From: Clostridia bacterium
GTDB lineage: Bacteria > Bacillota > Clostridia > RGIG6154
Length of the DNA stretch: 64,000 bases
NCBI GenBank assembly: GCA_017626145.1
Contig: JAGAJK010000077.1
Location: 15,004-79,003, forward strand
Reading direction: 5' to 3'
The position numbers and the translations under genes are program-made. The notes beneath the pieces are model-generated. The model was not told where the DNA came from. It worked only from the letters and a program-made list of their open reading frames with translations, and searched no databases. Shown here piece by piece: positions 18,462-28,946 of this stretch (positions are counted from its first letter, which is position 1; each line of letters opens with the position of its first letter).

Positions 18462-20066
18462 TTGGGTAAATTGAAGAAGCAGGGTTTTTTGCAGGGGGCA
18501 ATGATTCTTGCAATTGCAAATATTCTTGTAAAGTGTATAGGGCTTTTCTTTAAGATTCCTATAAGAAGACTGTTTGGTGCTAACGGTATGGGTATTTACA
18601 CATCGGCTTACAGTCTTTATAATATAATGTTTGTCATTGCTACTGCAGGACTTCCTGTAGCAATTTCAAAAATGGTTTCTGAAACTTCCACGAAGGGAAA
18701 CTGGAAGGAAACCAAAAAGGTATATAAAATAGCACGTATTATTCTTCTCGCTATAGGTGTAGTGGGAACTGCAATTTTATTTTTTGGCAGTAATTTTATA
18801 GCTGATAATATGAAAATTTCCGATTCGGCTATGCCTATACGCGCATTGGCACCAAGCTTGTTTTTTGTTGCGATTCTGAGTGTAAACAGAGGACTTTGTC
18901 AGGGACTTTCCAATATGGTTCCCACAGCAATTTCGGAAACTATTGAAGCAATGGGAAAACTTGTGATAGGTCTTGGTCTTGCTATAGTGTTTTTGCAGAC
19001 AACAGGTGATGTTGTAAGTGGTGTTTCAGGTGCCATTTTAGGTGTTACTACAGGTACTTGTATTGCAGCGATATATATAACTATCGGAAGCAGAAACATT
19101 AAAAAACATATTTATGATAAAGCAAAAGAAGATTCAAGTACAGATAGTGCATCTGTAAAAAGTCTTGCATTACGTCTTGCTAAGCTTGCTATTCCTATTA
19201 CCATAGGCGCTTCTGTATTTACGCTTGCTTCAACAATTGATTTATTTATGATAACACGTCAGCTTGAAGGGCTTGGTTATTCAGAGGCCGCAAGAACCAC
19301 TATGTATGGATATTACGCCGGCGATGCAGTTACAATGTTCAATATGCCGCCAACGGTTATTACTGCACTTTCTGTAAGTATAGTTCCTGCAATAGCTTCA
19401 GCCTTCGTTAAGCACGATATAATCGGAGCAAGAAAAACTACAGAAACTGCAATAAGAATAACTCTTTTATTTGCATTACCATGTGCGGTAGGTATGTCTG
19501 TTTTGTCAGCACCTATACTACAGCTTATTATGGGTGATGCAGGTGCATCAACACTTCTTTCAATACTTTCTTACGGTATTATTTTTGTGTGTCTTGTTCT
19601 TGTTTCAAATTCTGTTCTGCAGTCTATGGGGCAGGTTTGGACTCCCGTTATACATATGTGTATAGGTGGGATAGTAAAGGTAGTGGTAAATTATATTCTC
19701 GTAGGAAATCCGCAGATAAATATCAACGGTGCTCCGGTGGGAACAGTTCTTTGTTACCTTGTTACATCAATGCTGAATTTAATTTCAATCAGCAAATATT
19801 TAAAACCGAAATACGGAATTGATTTCATACTCAAATCAGCACTTGGTGCAGCGATTATGGGATTTGCGGTTTATTTTATTTATTCGAAGATGTCTTTGAT
19901 GGGACAGGGAACACTTACTATGCTTGTTGCGTTAGGTGTATCAATTGCAGTTGGCGTAATTTTATATTTTGCTCTCCTTTTTATAACTAAAGCAATGAAA
20001 AAACAGGATATAGAGTTTATGCCAAAATCCGAAAAAATCCTTAAATTAGTTGGAAGGTTTCTTTGA
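18462..20066 (+). CDS. spoVB: Stage V sporulation protein B / MurJ-family (MOP superfamily) flippase, YabM/SpoVB-like
   Basis: A multi-TM protein. Its N-terminus (GLFFKIPIRRLFGANGMGIY...AGLPVAISKMVSE) resembles SpoVB. An AGGAGG RBS precedes the TTG at 18462; the ATG at 18444 lies inside the RBS. Confidence 0.75.
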   Translation: MGKLKKQGFLQGAMILAIANILVKCIGLFFKIPIRRLFGANGMGIYTSAYSLYNIMFVIATAGLPVAISKMVSETSTKGNWKETKKVYKIARIILLAIGVVGTAILFFGSNFIADNMKISDSAMPIRALAPSLFFVAILSVNRGLCQGLSNMVPTAISETIEAMGKLVIGLGLAIVFLQTTGDVVSGVSGAILGVTTGTCIAAIYITIGSRNIKKHIYDKAKEDSSTDSASVKSLALRLAKLAIPITIGASVFTLASTIDLFMITRQLEGLGYSEAARTTMYGYYAGDAVTMFNMPPTVITALSVSIVPAIASAFVKHDIIGARKTTETAIRITLLFALPCAVGMSVLSAPILQLIMGDAGASTLLSILSYGIIFVCLVLVSNSVLQSMGQVWTPVIHMCIGGIVKVVVNYILVGNPQININGAPVGTVLCYLVTSMLNLISISKYLKPKYGIDFILKSALGAAIMGFAVYFIYSKMSLMGQGTLTMLVALGVSIAVGVILYFALLFITKAMKKQDIEFMPKSEKILKLVGRFL

Positions 20067-20244
20067 GTGAAATTAAGGATTTCATAAAAAATCGGGCATT
20101 TTTTGTAGAAAATTCATAAAAAATCGTAAAAATTTTAATATTTTTGTTATGGGTAAAAAGCTCTCAAAACCGCATTGCAAAAGGGAATTTTGGGGTTAAG
20201 AACAAAAAAAATAATATTTTTTAAAGAAATTTGCACAAAAACAC

Positions 20245-20274
20245 TTGAATAATTGGGCGGTTTTGTGTATAATA
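20245..20274 (+). promoter_or_regulatory. Sigma-A-type promoter for hup (TTGAAT-N17-TATAAT)
   Basis: cttgaataattgggcggttttgtgtataat. Confidence 0.55.
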
Positions 20275-20360
20275 AGTAAGGAATTGATTGATAAAATGGC
20301 GGTAACGCCTTTTATAAACAAACCCAATATGTTTAAATTTCAATAGGAGGTGAATGTTTC

Positions 20361-20633
20361 GTGAATAAGACAGAACTTATCGCTGCAATGGCTGAAAAGG
20401 CTGGTTTATCAAAGACCGATGCTGAAAAGGCTCTTAACGCTTTTATGAATAGCGTAAAGGACGCATTAGCTGATGGTGACAAGGTACAGCTCGTAGGCTT
20501 TGGTACATTCGAAGTAAAGGAAAGAGCTGCAAGAAAGGGTATTAATCCTCAGACAAAGGCTGAAATTACTATCCCTGCATCAAAGGCTCCTGCTTTCAAG
20601 GCTGGACAGGCTTTCAAAAGTGCTATTAAATAA
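20361..20633 (+). CDS. hup: DNA-binding protein HU (GTG start)
   Basis: MNKTELIAAMAEKAGLSKTDAEKALNAF...VQLVGFGTFEVKERAARKGINPQT. Confidence 0.92.
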   Translation: MNKTELIAAMAEKAGLSKTDAEKALNAFMNSVKDALADGDKVQLVGFGTFEVKERAARKGINPQTKAEITIPASKAPAFKAGQAFKSAIK

Positions 20634-20703
20634 TCAGCAAGCAAATGTTTAGTGCAGTCCGTTTTTTGCGGGCTGCATGATTTTTTTAAGGAAAGGCAAA
20701 TTT

Positions 20704-20958
20704 ATGCGTATAGATAAATTTTTAAAGGTATCAAGACTTATCAAAAGAAGAACTGTTGCAAATGAAGCGTGTGATAAAGGAAGAATAAGTGTCAACGGAA
20801 AAATTGTAAAAGCATCGTATAATGTAAGTGTAGGGGATATAATGGAAATATCCCTTGGTGAAAAAATACTGAAGGTGGAAATTTTAAAGGTTGACGATAA
20901 GCATATTACCAAGGATGATGCACCGTTAATGTACAGACAGTTTGAACAGTTATCATAA
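20704..20958 (+). CDS. yabO: S4-domain RNA-binding protein YabO (Hsp15-like)
   Basis: MRIDKFLKVSRLIKRRTVA...G.I.VNGK S4 motif. Its position 5' of yabP matches the conserved cluster. Confidence 0.8.
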   Translation: MRIDKFLKVSRLIKRRTVANEACDKGRISVNGKIVKASYNVSVGDIMEISLGEKILKVEILKVDDKHITKDDAPLMYRQFEQLS

Positions 20959-21020
20959 TTAAGGCTCCTTTCAAATATTATTAAATATGGAATTTAATAA
21001 TGAAAGGAGCTTAATATTTT

Positions 21021-21302
21021 ATGGAGGAGAAAAAATACAGCCGAATACATAATGTTATAATGGAGGACCGTGAGCACCTTAGTGTTTCCGGAGTTACTGA
21101 TGTAAGTGAATTTAATGAAATGCAGATAATTCTCGTAACGGAAATGGGAATGATGACTGTGGAGGGAGAAAATCTGAGAATAAGTGAGCTTAGTATTGAA
21201 ACCGGGGATATGAAAATAGACGGAACAGTAAATTCAATAATCTACAGCGAAGAAGATTTGAGGGGAGTACATACAAGCCTTTGGTCAAAGCTTTTCAGGT
21301 AA
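21021..21302 (+). CDS. yabP: Sporulation protein YabP
   Basis: HNVIMEDREHLSVSGVTDVSEFNEMQIILVT...LRISELSIETGDMKIDG is characteristic of the YabP family. Confidence 0.85.
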   Translation: MEEKKYSRIHNVIMEDREHLSVSGVTDVSEFNEMQIILVTEMGMMTVEGENLRISELSIETGDMKIDGTVNSIIYSEEDLRGVHTSLWSKLFR

Positions 21303-21325
21303 GAGACTAAGAAGGCGGTGATTAT

Positions 21326-21829
21326 TTGACGGTCAATACAACGGTAGAGCTGTTTACTTGTTTGTTTTCATTTCTCTGCGGACTTGCAGCAGGCTTTATA
21401 TATGACTTTCTTTCAATTATTATCTGTAAAGAAGGGAAAGTGGCTTCGTTTTTTAAAGAACTGTTTTATTTTACGGTTCTGGCATTTATTTCTGTTAATG
21501 TAATACGATTTGTTAATGACGGCGTTTTCCGTGCTTATGAACTCGTTTTTTTGATTGTAGGCGTGCTTGGGTATGTGCTTGTGTTTGGAAGTATCGTACA
21601 AAAGATCTTAAAAGCATTACTTAAAGCTGTATACGTAATCATGAAATTTATCGTAAAGATTTTTATTTATCCCTTAATTTTTATCCTCAGTCCGGTAAAA
21701 AGACTATTTTTTAAGAAATATTTGCAAATTTGCAAAAAAATCTCTAAAAATAGATTGACAATGAAGCAAATTTGTTTTAGAATTATTATGTATATGGGTG
21801 AAATTAAAAGATTTTATAAACATAAGTAG
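21326..21829 (+). CDS. yabQ: Spore cortex biosynthesis protein YabQ (membrane protein, TTG start)
   Basis: Position directly after yabP; hydrophobic, about 167 aa. Confidence 0.65.
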   Translation: MTVNTTVELFTCLFSFLCGLAAGFIYDFLSIIICKEGKVASFFKELFYFTVLAFISVNVIRFVNDGVFRAYELVFLIVGVLGYVLVFGSIVQKILKALLKAVYVIMKFIVKIFIYPLIFILSPVKRLFFKKYLQICKKISKNRLTMKQICFRIIMYMGEIKRFYKHK

Positions 21830-21835
21830 GAGGCT

Positions 21836-22153
21836 GTGTTAGTGAGTAACGGTTCAAGAAAGAACAGAAAGTCTAATAAAAGATTATACTCATTGCTGAT
21901 ATTGGTTGCTACATTTGTTTTCGGGATATATTTTTGTGTGACTTTTATTAAACAGGAAATAAACATTTCTCAGCTGGAGGCAGAGGCTAAGGCTGTTCAG
22001 GAAAAGGTTGATGAGCAGGTTCAGTATTCAAAGGAACTTGAAGATAATATGAAACCGGATAATGAATTGAAGCGTGTTGAAGAAACTGCAAGAGAAAAAT
22101 TAGGCTATCTGAAGAATGATGAAGTGCTCTTTATCGATTCTTCTGAGAAATAA
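21836..22153 (+). CDS. divIC: Septum formation initiator DivIC/FtsB family
   Basis: Basic N-terminus, single TM, then a coiled coil (QLEAEAKAVQEKVDEQVQYSKELED). Position after yabQ. Confidence 0.75.
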   Translation: MLVSNGSRKNRKSNKRLYSLLILVATFVFGIYFCVTFIKQEINISQLEAEAKAVQEKVDEQVQYSKELEDNMKPDNELKRVEETAREKLGYLKNDEVLFIDSSEK

Positions 22154-22186
22154 GTTTATTTATATACCGAGGAGGAAATTTGCTTT

Positions 22187-22609
22187 ATGCAGCTTGAAGT
22201 TGGAAATAATTTAGAAGGAAAGATTACCGGAATTACGAATTTTGGTGCATTTGTTCAGTTAGAAGGAGGAAAATCCGGACTTGTCCATATTTCCGAAATT
22301 GCAATTGATTATGTTAAGCAAATTGAGGACCATGTAAAAGTTGGAGATAGTGTTAAAGTAAAGGTTGTAGGTATTTCTCCTGAGGGGAAAATAAGCCTTT
22401 CGATAAAAAAGGTTCTTGAAGAAGAACGTGAGGAAGCAAGAAAAAATCCAAGACCTGCGGATGTAGGTATGTTTACAAAACAGCAAAAGCCTGCAGAAAT
22501 GTCCTTCGAGGATAAAATGAATAAATTTAAGCTTGACAGCGATGAAAAAATGCTGGCTCTTAAAAGAAACTTCGAATCTAAAAGAGGTTCAGGAAGACGA
22601 GGAAACTGA
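22187..22609 (+). CDS. yabR: S1 RNA-binding domain protein YabR
   Basis: S1 domain GKITGITNFGAFVQLEGGKSGLVHISEI with a basic C-terminal tail. Confidence 0.85.
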   Translation: MQLEVGNNLEGKITGITNFGAFVQLEGGKSGLVHISEIAIDYVKQIEDHVKVGDSVKVKVVGISPEGKISLSIKKVLEEEREEARKNPRPADVGMFTKQQKPAEMSFEDKMNKFKLDSDEKMLALKRNFESKRGSGRRGN

Positions 22610-22663
22610 TATAATACATAAAAAGCTCCGTTATAAGGGGGCAACTCGTAAGGATAGTAATTA

Positions 22664-22697
22664 AAAAAGCAGAAACGAATTTCGTTTCTGCTTTTTA
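22664..22697 (+). terminator. Rho-independent terminator ending the sporulation cluster
   Basis: aaaaaagcagaaacgaatttcgtttctgctttttatt. Confidence 0.85.
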
Positions 22698-22872
22698 TTA
22701 TAATGAGGTAAGGATATCCTAAACAATTGGAAAATGTGTGATATTGACTGTCATCCTAATTATACACATACTTATCCTGTGTCCAACTGTAACTATTTTT
22801 ATACATATGTTCGTATTCGAATGAATCGTAATCGAAATACCATTTAGATATAATTATTTTTCTGTTGTTATA

Positions 22873-23745
22873 TTAACGGTCGGGAAGTAGGTTTCCGTCT
22901 TTATATGTCCAAACTCCAAACCAATCATTAGGACCATATTTATTTTGCATACCTAAATGTTCGCATAATACTAAATAGGCCGCGGCTTTTTTTGCTTCTT
23001 TTTTTGATGTTGCATAAACAGTTTTAATAAGACCTATTTTATCATTTATTATTGTGCAACTGCATACCCATTTTGGATTGCCATCACTATCATAGCCGTT
23101 GTATTCAGGTCCTCTGAATTCATATTTGGGCATTGTACATCGACCATTTTCAGCTAATTCCTTAAGCATAGTTATGGCATTATTAATATCAAAGCACCTC
23201 ACTTTGGTATCGTTTTCAATCATTTTCTTAATTGTTTCATCAATTTTTAGTGCATTTGAAATGGCAACCTCAAGAATTTCGGAATTCCAATTGCTCTCAA
23301 CTGCAAGAGCTCCGATAATTGCTTCAAGTAAATCAGCTTTTACTTTGGGTTCATTTGTAACATCATTTTTTATGTCACTTTTACCTAAAAGCAGATACTT
23401 TGAGATGTCCCAATCATCAATTATTTTTGCAAGTGTTTCATTGCTGACTAAAGCTTGTTTGATTAACGAGAACTGGTTTTCTCCAATTCTAAAAGTGTAA
23501 TCTTCTGTTAAACTAAGTGAACCGCATCTTTCAGAAACAATTTTTACAACAAAATAACTTAGTACCTGATCTCCGATAAACTCAAATATTTCATTACTGT
23601 TTAGACCGGTTTCTGCTGTAAATGAGCTTCTTCTGAAAATTTGATTCAAAATACTTGTGCTTTTGAAAACATAACCTGTTTTTTCTTCAATAATCCTCCT
23701 TACTTCCGATTTTTCTTTTCCATTTAGACATTCTCTTCTAATCAT
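22873..23745 (-). CDS. Ribonuclease III-family protein (catalytic domain + dsRBD), divergent orphan paralogue
   Basis: RNase III signature EIFEFIGDQVL, second catalytic motif KADLLEAIIGAL and a C-terminal dsRBD (...ATSKKEAKKAAAYLVL). The gene is AT-rich and sits between long AT-rich intergenic regions. Confidence 0.75.
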   Translation of the reverse strand: MIRRECLNGKEKSEVRRIIEEKTGYVFKSTSILNQIFRRSSFTAETGLNSNEIFEFIGDQVLSYFVVKIVSERCGSLSLTEDYTFRIGENQFSLIKQALVSNETLAKIIDDWDISKYLLLGKSDIKNDVTNEPKVKADLLEAIIGALAVESNWNSEILEVAISNALKIDETIKKMIENDTKVRCFDINNAITMLKELAENGRCTMPKYEFRGPEYNGYDSDGNPKWVCSCTIINDKIGLIKTVYATSKKEAKKAAAYLVLCEHLGMQNKYGPNDWFGVWTYKDGNLLPDR

Positions 23746-24028
23746 TGTTTTCCTCCAATCTGTTATTACGTCAAAGAAAACAAAAAAACTTGCATCACAA
23801 ACAAAACTTATCCAAAATGGAAAGCCTTGCTAAGTGCTCAAGTTTTAAACATATCAAAATAACTTTTATAATACTTTCTGCTTTTGCTTTCCACTTGCAT
23901 AAAAAGTAAAAACAAATCACATTATTCAACTACTTCAAAATGCTTTTCCCTGACACTAATAGTATAATTGTTTTGTTAATTAAAGTCAAGTAGATAATAT
24001 TTGGTTGGCTTATAAATATTATAACAAA

Positions 24029-24060
24029 GAAGCATTGCGGTGTTTACAATGCTTCTTACT
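24029..24060 (-). terminator. Terminator downstream of the MFS transporter gene
   Basis: gaagcattgcggtgtttacaatgcttc hairpin followed by T-rich sequence on the minus strand. Confidence 0.6.
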
Positions 24061-24077
24061 GTTGCATACCCGGTTTA

Positions 24078-25301
24078 TTATCTTTTCTTTTTTATATGGT
24101 AAAACACAGGAATTGATATAAGCGGGAAAAGCATTCCTGCAAGCATTCCGAGCTTCATACCCATTTGTTCAGGTGTTACAGATAAAATACTTGCAAAATT
24201 AATTACTGTGTTGTTTACAATAGCAGAGTCTGTAACTATTCCAACCAACTGTGGAACAACCGAAGCACCAAGGTCACCGCCTGCAGCCATCATAGCATAA
24301 ATAAATACACCGCTTTCAGGAAATCTTTCGGATGCTACAATCAGACTACCGGGCCATAGCATAGAAGTGCATAAACCGGTAAATATGCAGGCGAGAAGCC
24401 CTGATATAGGAAATGGCGTAACAGCGGCTACAAAGTAACATAATGTAGCCCCTAATCCACCTAAGAATAAAACCAGTGTTATATTTTTGCCTTTCTTTGA
24501 ATATAAAGTACGTCCAAGGCCGAGCATTACGGAGAATAATGCAACACCTAAAACATCGCCCCATACTTTAGGGATTTTCAATGCCATCTCCAGATAGCTT
24601 GAAGCCCATTGTGCCATTGTACACTCTGCGGCACCGCCTAAGAATATAGCAAAAACAAATAACCAAAGACTTTTATTTTTCAGATATTTGAGTGTACCCG
24701 ACAGTTTTTCGGGAGTTTCCATTTCAGGTATTTTTGTTCTGGAGAATAAACAAACCGAAGTAAAAGGTACTACCAAAAACAACAGTACAAGTATCTGCCA
24801 GTTTTCTGAACCAAAAACAAGTAAAAATAAGGTGCTTATAATTATTACAGGTGCGACACCCCATGCGTAAACAGAGTGAAGCTTACTCATCTCGTGTTCA
24901 GGGTCGTCTGATGGGATGGCGGCAATAACAGGACTTATTAATACTTCAGCAAGGCCACTTGCCGCAGAAAAAATAATTGTACCTGTAACCAACCCTATGT
25001 AAACATTATTAGGGAATATATAAGGCCATACAGCGTATATAAAAAGTCCTGCCAATGTAAGAACAGGAGTAAGCTTGACCGCTTTGGAAATATTAAATCT
25101 GTGTGAGAAGAATGAGAAAATTAAATCCACCAGAAGCTGAGTAAAAAAGTTAGCAAGTACAAGTAAGCCTAAAAGTGAATAAGAAATTCCGTATAGTGAT
25201 CGAAAGCTTAAAAATAAAATAGGTGAGATATTCGCAGCAACAGACATAGAAAGACTTACTGTATAACAAGCATATTTAACTCTTTTATATTTTTTATTCA
25301 T
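24078..25301 (-). CDS. MFS transporter (12-TM)
   Basis: 407 aa with alternating hydrophobic helices and MFS-like loop motifs. Confidence 0.75.
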   Translation of the reverse strand: MNKKYKRVKYACYTVSLSMSVAANISPILFLSFRSLYGISYSLLGLLVLANFFTQLLVDLIFSFFSHRFNISKAVKLTPVLTLAGLFIYAVWPYIFPNNVYIGLVTGTIIFSAASGLAEVLISPVIAAIPSDDPEHEMSKLHSVYAWGVAPVIIISTLFLLVFGSENWQILVLLFLVVPFTSVCLFSRTKIPEMETPEKLSGTLKYLKNKSLWLFVFAIFLGGAAECTMAQWASSYLEMALKIPKVWGDVLGVALFSVMLGLGRTLYSKKGKNITLVLFLGGLGATLCYFVAAVTPFPISGLLACIFTGLCTSMLWPGSLIVASERFPESGVFIYAMMAAGGDLGASVVPQLVGIVTDSAIVNNTVINFASILSVTPEQMGMKLGMLAGMLFPLISIPVFYHIKKKR

Positions 25302-25542
25302 AATATTCTGCCTTTCTTTAAGTTGTGTATAAAAAATCGAAGCAAAATTTTCTTTGCTTCTATGCGGTGCGAGCGTTAGTGATGAGTAGGTTTGGTGTTT
25401 AATTTCAACTGTTTATGTGAAAGTAGTATTCAAATAAAGGATATATTTGTTTCATAAATTCGTTGTGGGAGAATATCTCTGCCGAAGAGTTGCATAATTT
25501 ACAAATTAAATACCATTTGTCACGCAAGAGAGTAATATAATT

Positions 25543-25570
25543 AAAAAAAGACATCCGAAGATGTCTTTTT
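25543..25570. terminator. Bidirectional terminator hairpin
   Basis: aaaaaaagacatccgaagatgtctttttt. Confidence 0.8.
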
Positions 25571-25647
25571 TGGTCGGAGTGACAAGACTTGAACTTGCGA
25601 CCCCTTGACCCCCAGTCAAGTACGCTACCAGCTGCGCTACACCCCGA
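25571..25647 (-). tRNA. tRNA-Pro(GGG)
   Basis: Reverse complement TCGGGGTGTAGCGCAGCTGGTAGCGTACTTGACTGGGGGTCAAG...CTCCGACCA. Anticodon loop CTGGGGG. Confidence 0.85.
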
Positions 25648-25756
25648 TACTCAAAATATTTTATCATAACTTTTATTGTTTGTCAATAGCGAATTTGTAA
25701 AAATCACGAAGAAAGAATTTACTCTTTCTTCGTGACAGATGTGTAATATTAAAAAA

Positions 25757-28093
25757 TCAGTACTGCTGAGGCTTATCAAACATACCGGCACTCTTAAGCT
25801 CAAGATATTGTTCTTTAGTAAGAAGAATCTGTCTGGGTTTGCTGCCTTCGGATGGGCCAACTATTCCACGTTCTTCCATCTGATCCATAAGTCGTCCTGC
25901 ACGTGCATAACCTACACTCAGCTTTCTTTGAATCATAGAAGTTGATGCTTGTCCCATTTCCATTATTAAATCTATTGCCTTTGGCAACATATCATCGTAA
26001 TCACCCGAATCCTCGGAGTTGTCTTTAACCTTTTCTGTTGCGGCTGATGCCGTTTCGATATGTTCGATAATATCAGGATTATAAAGTGCTTCTGAATTTT
26101 GTTTTACAAATTTAACAAGACCTTCAACCTCGGAATCGGAAACGAAAGCACCCTGAATTCTTTGCGGTTTCGATGAACCTGTAGGATGGTAAAGCATATC
26201 TCCTCGTCCTAAAAGCTTTTCAGCACCGGCAGAATCGAGAATGGTTCTTGAGTCAATCTGTGATGATACTGCAAAAGCAATTCTTGAAGGAATATTCGCT
26301 TTAATAATACCTGTAATAACGTTAACAGAAGGACGTTGAGTAGCTATAACAAGATGCATACCTGCCGCTCTTGCCAGCTGGGCAAGACGACAAATGTGGT
26401 CTTCCACTTCGTTAGGAGCAACCATCATAAGATCGGCAAGCTCATCTATAATAATTACTATCTGAGGCATCTGAGGATATCCTTTATCCTTCATTACAGC
26501 ATTATATCCCTTAATATCTCTTACTTTGTTTTCAGAAAACTGGTCATAACGCTTCATCATTTCGGTAACTGCCCACGAGAGAGCACCTGCCGCTTTTTTT
26601 GCTTTTGTAACAACAGGGGTGTCAAGATGTGGGATACCATTATATACACTGAGCTCTACAACCTTGGGGTCGATTAAAAGCAGCTTAACCTCGTTAGGGT
26701 TTGCTTTGTACATAATACTTGTTATAATTGAATTTATACAAACACTCTTACCTGAACCGGTAGCGCCTGCTATAAGTAAGTGAGGCATTTTAGCCAGGTC
26801 GATGATAATGGGGGAGCCACTGATATTTTTACCTAAAGCAACAGCAAGCTTTGACGGATGATTTTTAAATTCGTCGCAGTCAATAACCTCTCTCATTGAA
26901 ACCATATCAACGTCTGAGTTGGGAACTTCTATTCCTATAGCAGCCTTTCCGGGGATAGGAGCTTCGATTCTTACACCGGAAGCGGCGAGATTTAATGCAA
27001 TATCATCAGCAAGCCCTACGATTTTACTAACCTTCACGCCTGCCATAGGCTGCAATTCATAACGGGTAATTGCAGGACCTCTGCTAACCTGAAGTATTTT
27101 TGCCTGAACTCCGAAGCTTGCAAGTGTATCAACAAGCTTTCTGGCATTCTTCATAAGGTCTTGTTCTTTTACAGACTTTCCTGTTTTTTTAGGAAGCTTG
27201 AGCATTTCAATATCAGGGAAAATGTAATTTTCAATATATTCATCTGCATACTCAGGTGTGAATTTTTCCTCTGCTTCGTTAGGCTCTGAAGCTATCGCAA
27301 CCTGATTATCCTGTTCAATTACAGTTTCGAATTTTTCTTTTACAGGAAGCTCCGGGGGAATAGGATATCCCGGACCTATTATAATATCATCCTCATCAGA
27401 AATTTCAAATTCCTCAGGTTCTTGTACTGTATTTCTTGGTATTTCCTTTATCTCATCATCAATTTTGATTACTACAGGCTCGTCATCCCGACGTGATTTT
27501 TTCTCATTGGATTTTTCCTTGTGTTTTGCATAAGCTGTTTTAAATTTCTCAGCTACAGATTCGTAAATATCAGAAAGAGAAATATTAAATAAAAATACAA
27601 AGCACAAAATTGCCGCAAAAATATAAAGGATTGTCGCACCTATGTTACCAAGCAAGGTAGAAATAAGCCAATGAAGTGAACCGCCGGCAATGCCTCCGCC
27701 TGTAAGGTTCATACCTCCGGTATATAAGCCACCGAAGAAGTAACCTAATCCGCCCTCAGCAAATTCACCTGATGTTAACTGCATCACAGACGCGAAGATA
27801 ATAAGGAGAATCGAAATATTTATGTAAATACGACGAAATTTGTGTATTCTTTTTTCAATTATGTAGTTCGTTGCAAGAGCAAGTATTATAAACGGTACTC
27901 CATATGCCGCAACCGAAAATATACCTGTAAGTAAATCCCTGAACAGCAAGCCTACAAAACCTGTCTTTCCGGGCATAAACATCGAAAAAATCATAAAGAA
28001 TGAAACAGGTATAAGAATAACGCTTATAATATCTTTAGTTGAATAACCTGATTTGTTGGATGGTTTGTTTTTTGTCTTTTTTTTAGCAGCCAT
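25757..28093 (-). CDS. ftsK: DNA translocase FtsK/SpoIIIE
   Basis: N-terminal TM region, Walker A GATGSGKS, and a C-terminal gamma winged-helix domain (SMIQRKLSVGYARAGRLMDQME). Confidence 0.92.
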   Translation of the reverse strand: MAAKKKTKNKPSNKSGYSTKDIISVILIPVSFFMIFSMFMPGKTGFVGLLFRDLLTGIFSVAAYGVPFIILALATNYIIEKRIHKFRRIYINISILLIIFASVMQLTSGEFAEGGLGYFFGGLYTGGMNLTGGGIAGGSLHWLISTLLGNIGATILYIFAAILCFVFLFNISLSDIYESVAEKFKTAYAKHKEKSNEKKSRRDDEPVVIKIDDEIKEIPRNTVQEPEEFEISDEDDIIIGPGYPIPPELPVKEKFETVIEQDNQVAIASEPNEAEEKFTPEYADEYIENYIFPDIEMLKLPKKTGKSVKEQDLMKNARKLVDTLASFGVQAKILQVSRGPAITRYELQPMAGVKVSKIVGLADDIALNLAASGVRIEAPIPGKAAIGIEVPNSDVDMVSMREVIDCDEFKNHPSKLAVALGKNISGSPIIIDLAKMPHLLIAGATGSGKSVCINSIITSIMYKANPNEVKLLLIDPKVVELSVYNGIPHLDTPVVTKAKKAAGALSWAVTEMMKRYDQFSENKVRDIKGYNAVMKDKGYPQMPQIVIIIDELADLMMVAPNEVEDHICRLAQLARAAGMHLVIATQRPSVNVITGIIKANIPSRIAFAVSSQIDSRTILDSAGAEKLLGRGDMLYHPTGSSKPQRIQGAFVSDSEVEGLVKFVKQNSEALYNPDIIEHIETASAATEKVKDNSEDSGDYDDMLPKAIDLIMEMGQASTSMIQRKLSVGYARAGRLMDQMEERGIVGPSEGSKPRQILLTKEQYLELKSAGMFDKPQQY

Positions 28094-28192
28094 TTATGTT
28101 CTCCTTTAACAGTAGCTATGTGTAATTTCTATATACCTTTTTATTATAACATATTTTTCAGAAAAAATCTACAAAAATTTACCGCCGAACAA

Positions 28193-28840
28193 TTAATTTT
28201 GTCCGGCAGTTACAATCAGTTCTTTTAATTTTGACAATGCATCGCTTATTCCGCCTATTTCGTTAATAAGCCCTGAACTTACCGCATCTTTACCATAAAG
28301 CAGGGTACCTATATCATTTGATATATTTTTTGCATCAAACATCAGCTTTTCGAAATATTCTGCACTTATTTGTGAATGCGCTGTAATGAAGTTGGTTATA
28401 CTTTTCTGCATTCTGTTAAAATATTCAAAGGACTGAGGTGCTCCAATAACAGTTCCGTTTGTTCTTACCGGATGAATAGTCATAGCAGCAGAGGGGACAA
28501 TATATGAGTAGTCGGCAGATACCGCAAGCGGAACACCGATGGAATGACCGCCACCAAGAACTATGGATACGCTTGGTTTGCTGAGGCTTGCAATCATTTC
28601 TGAAATTGCAAGACCTGCTTCAACGTCACCACCTATTGTATTAAGCAATATAAGAAGCCCTTTGATTTCATTATCCTCTTCAATTTCAGCAAGCTTTGGA
28701 ATAATATGTTCATATTTTGTAGTTTTGCTCTGGGAGGAAGAGGTGCTGTGTCCTTCAATTTCTCCTATTATGGTAAGACAGCAAATATCAGATTTCAATT
28801 TTGTTATACCTTTTTCAGTTTCATTTCCCATAAAAACCAT
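28193..28840 (-). CDS. tepA: ClpP-family protein TepA/YmfB-like (translocation-enhancing protein)
   Basis: ClpP fold region [19 protein letters not shown]. The position upstream of ftsK matches the common Firmicutes arrangement. Confidence 0.7.
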   Translation of the reverse strand: MVFMGNETEKGITKLKSDICCLTIIGEIEGHSTSSSQSKTTKYEHIIPKLAEIEEDNEIKGLLILLNTIGGDVEAGLAISEMIASLSKPSVSIVLGGGHSIGVPLAVSADYSYIVPSAAMTIHPVRTNGTVIGAPQSFEYFNRMQKSITNFITAHSQISAEYFEKLMFDAKNISNDIGTLLYGKDAVSSGLINEIGGISDALSKLKELIVTAGQN

Positions 28841-28946
28841 CCTTTCTTTGTAAGGTTTAGTTTGTTCTTATAAGCAATTTTTATGCTTCAAATTAAGAAT
28901 TTGGTATTGACTTTTCAAGTGATAAATGGTATTATATAAGAAGTCT

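Noticed and set aside
20070-20140. Direct repeat TTCATAAAAAATCG x2 upstream of hup, considered as regulator binding sites such as Spo0A boxes
   Set aside because: It does not match the 0A box (TGNCGAA). An AT-rich promoter region commonly contains such short repeats by chance.
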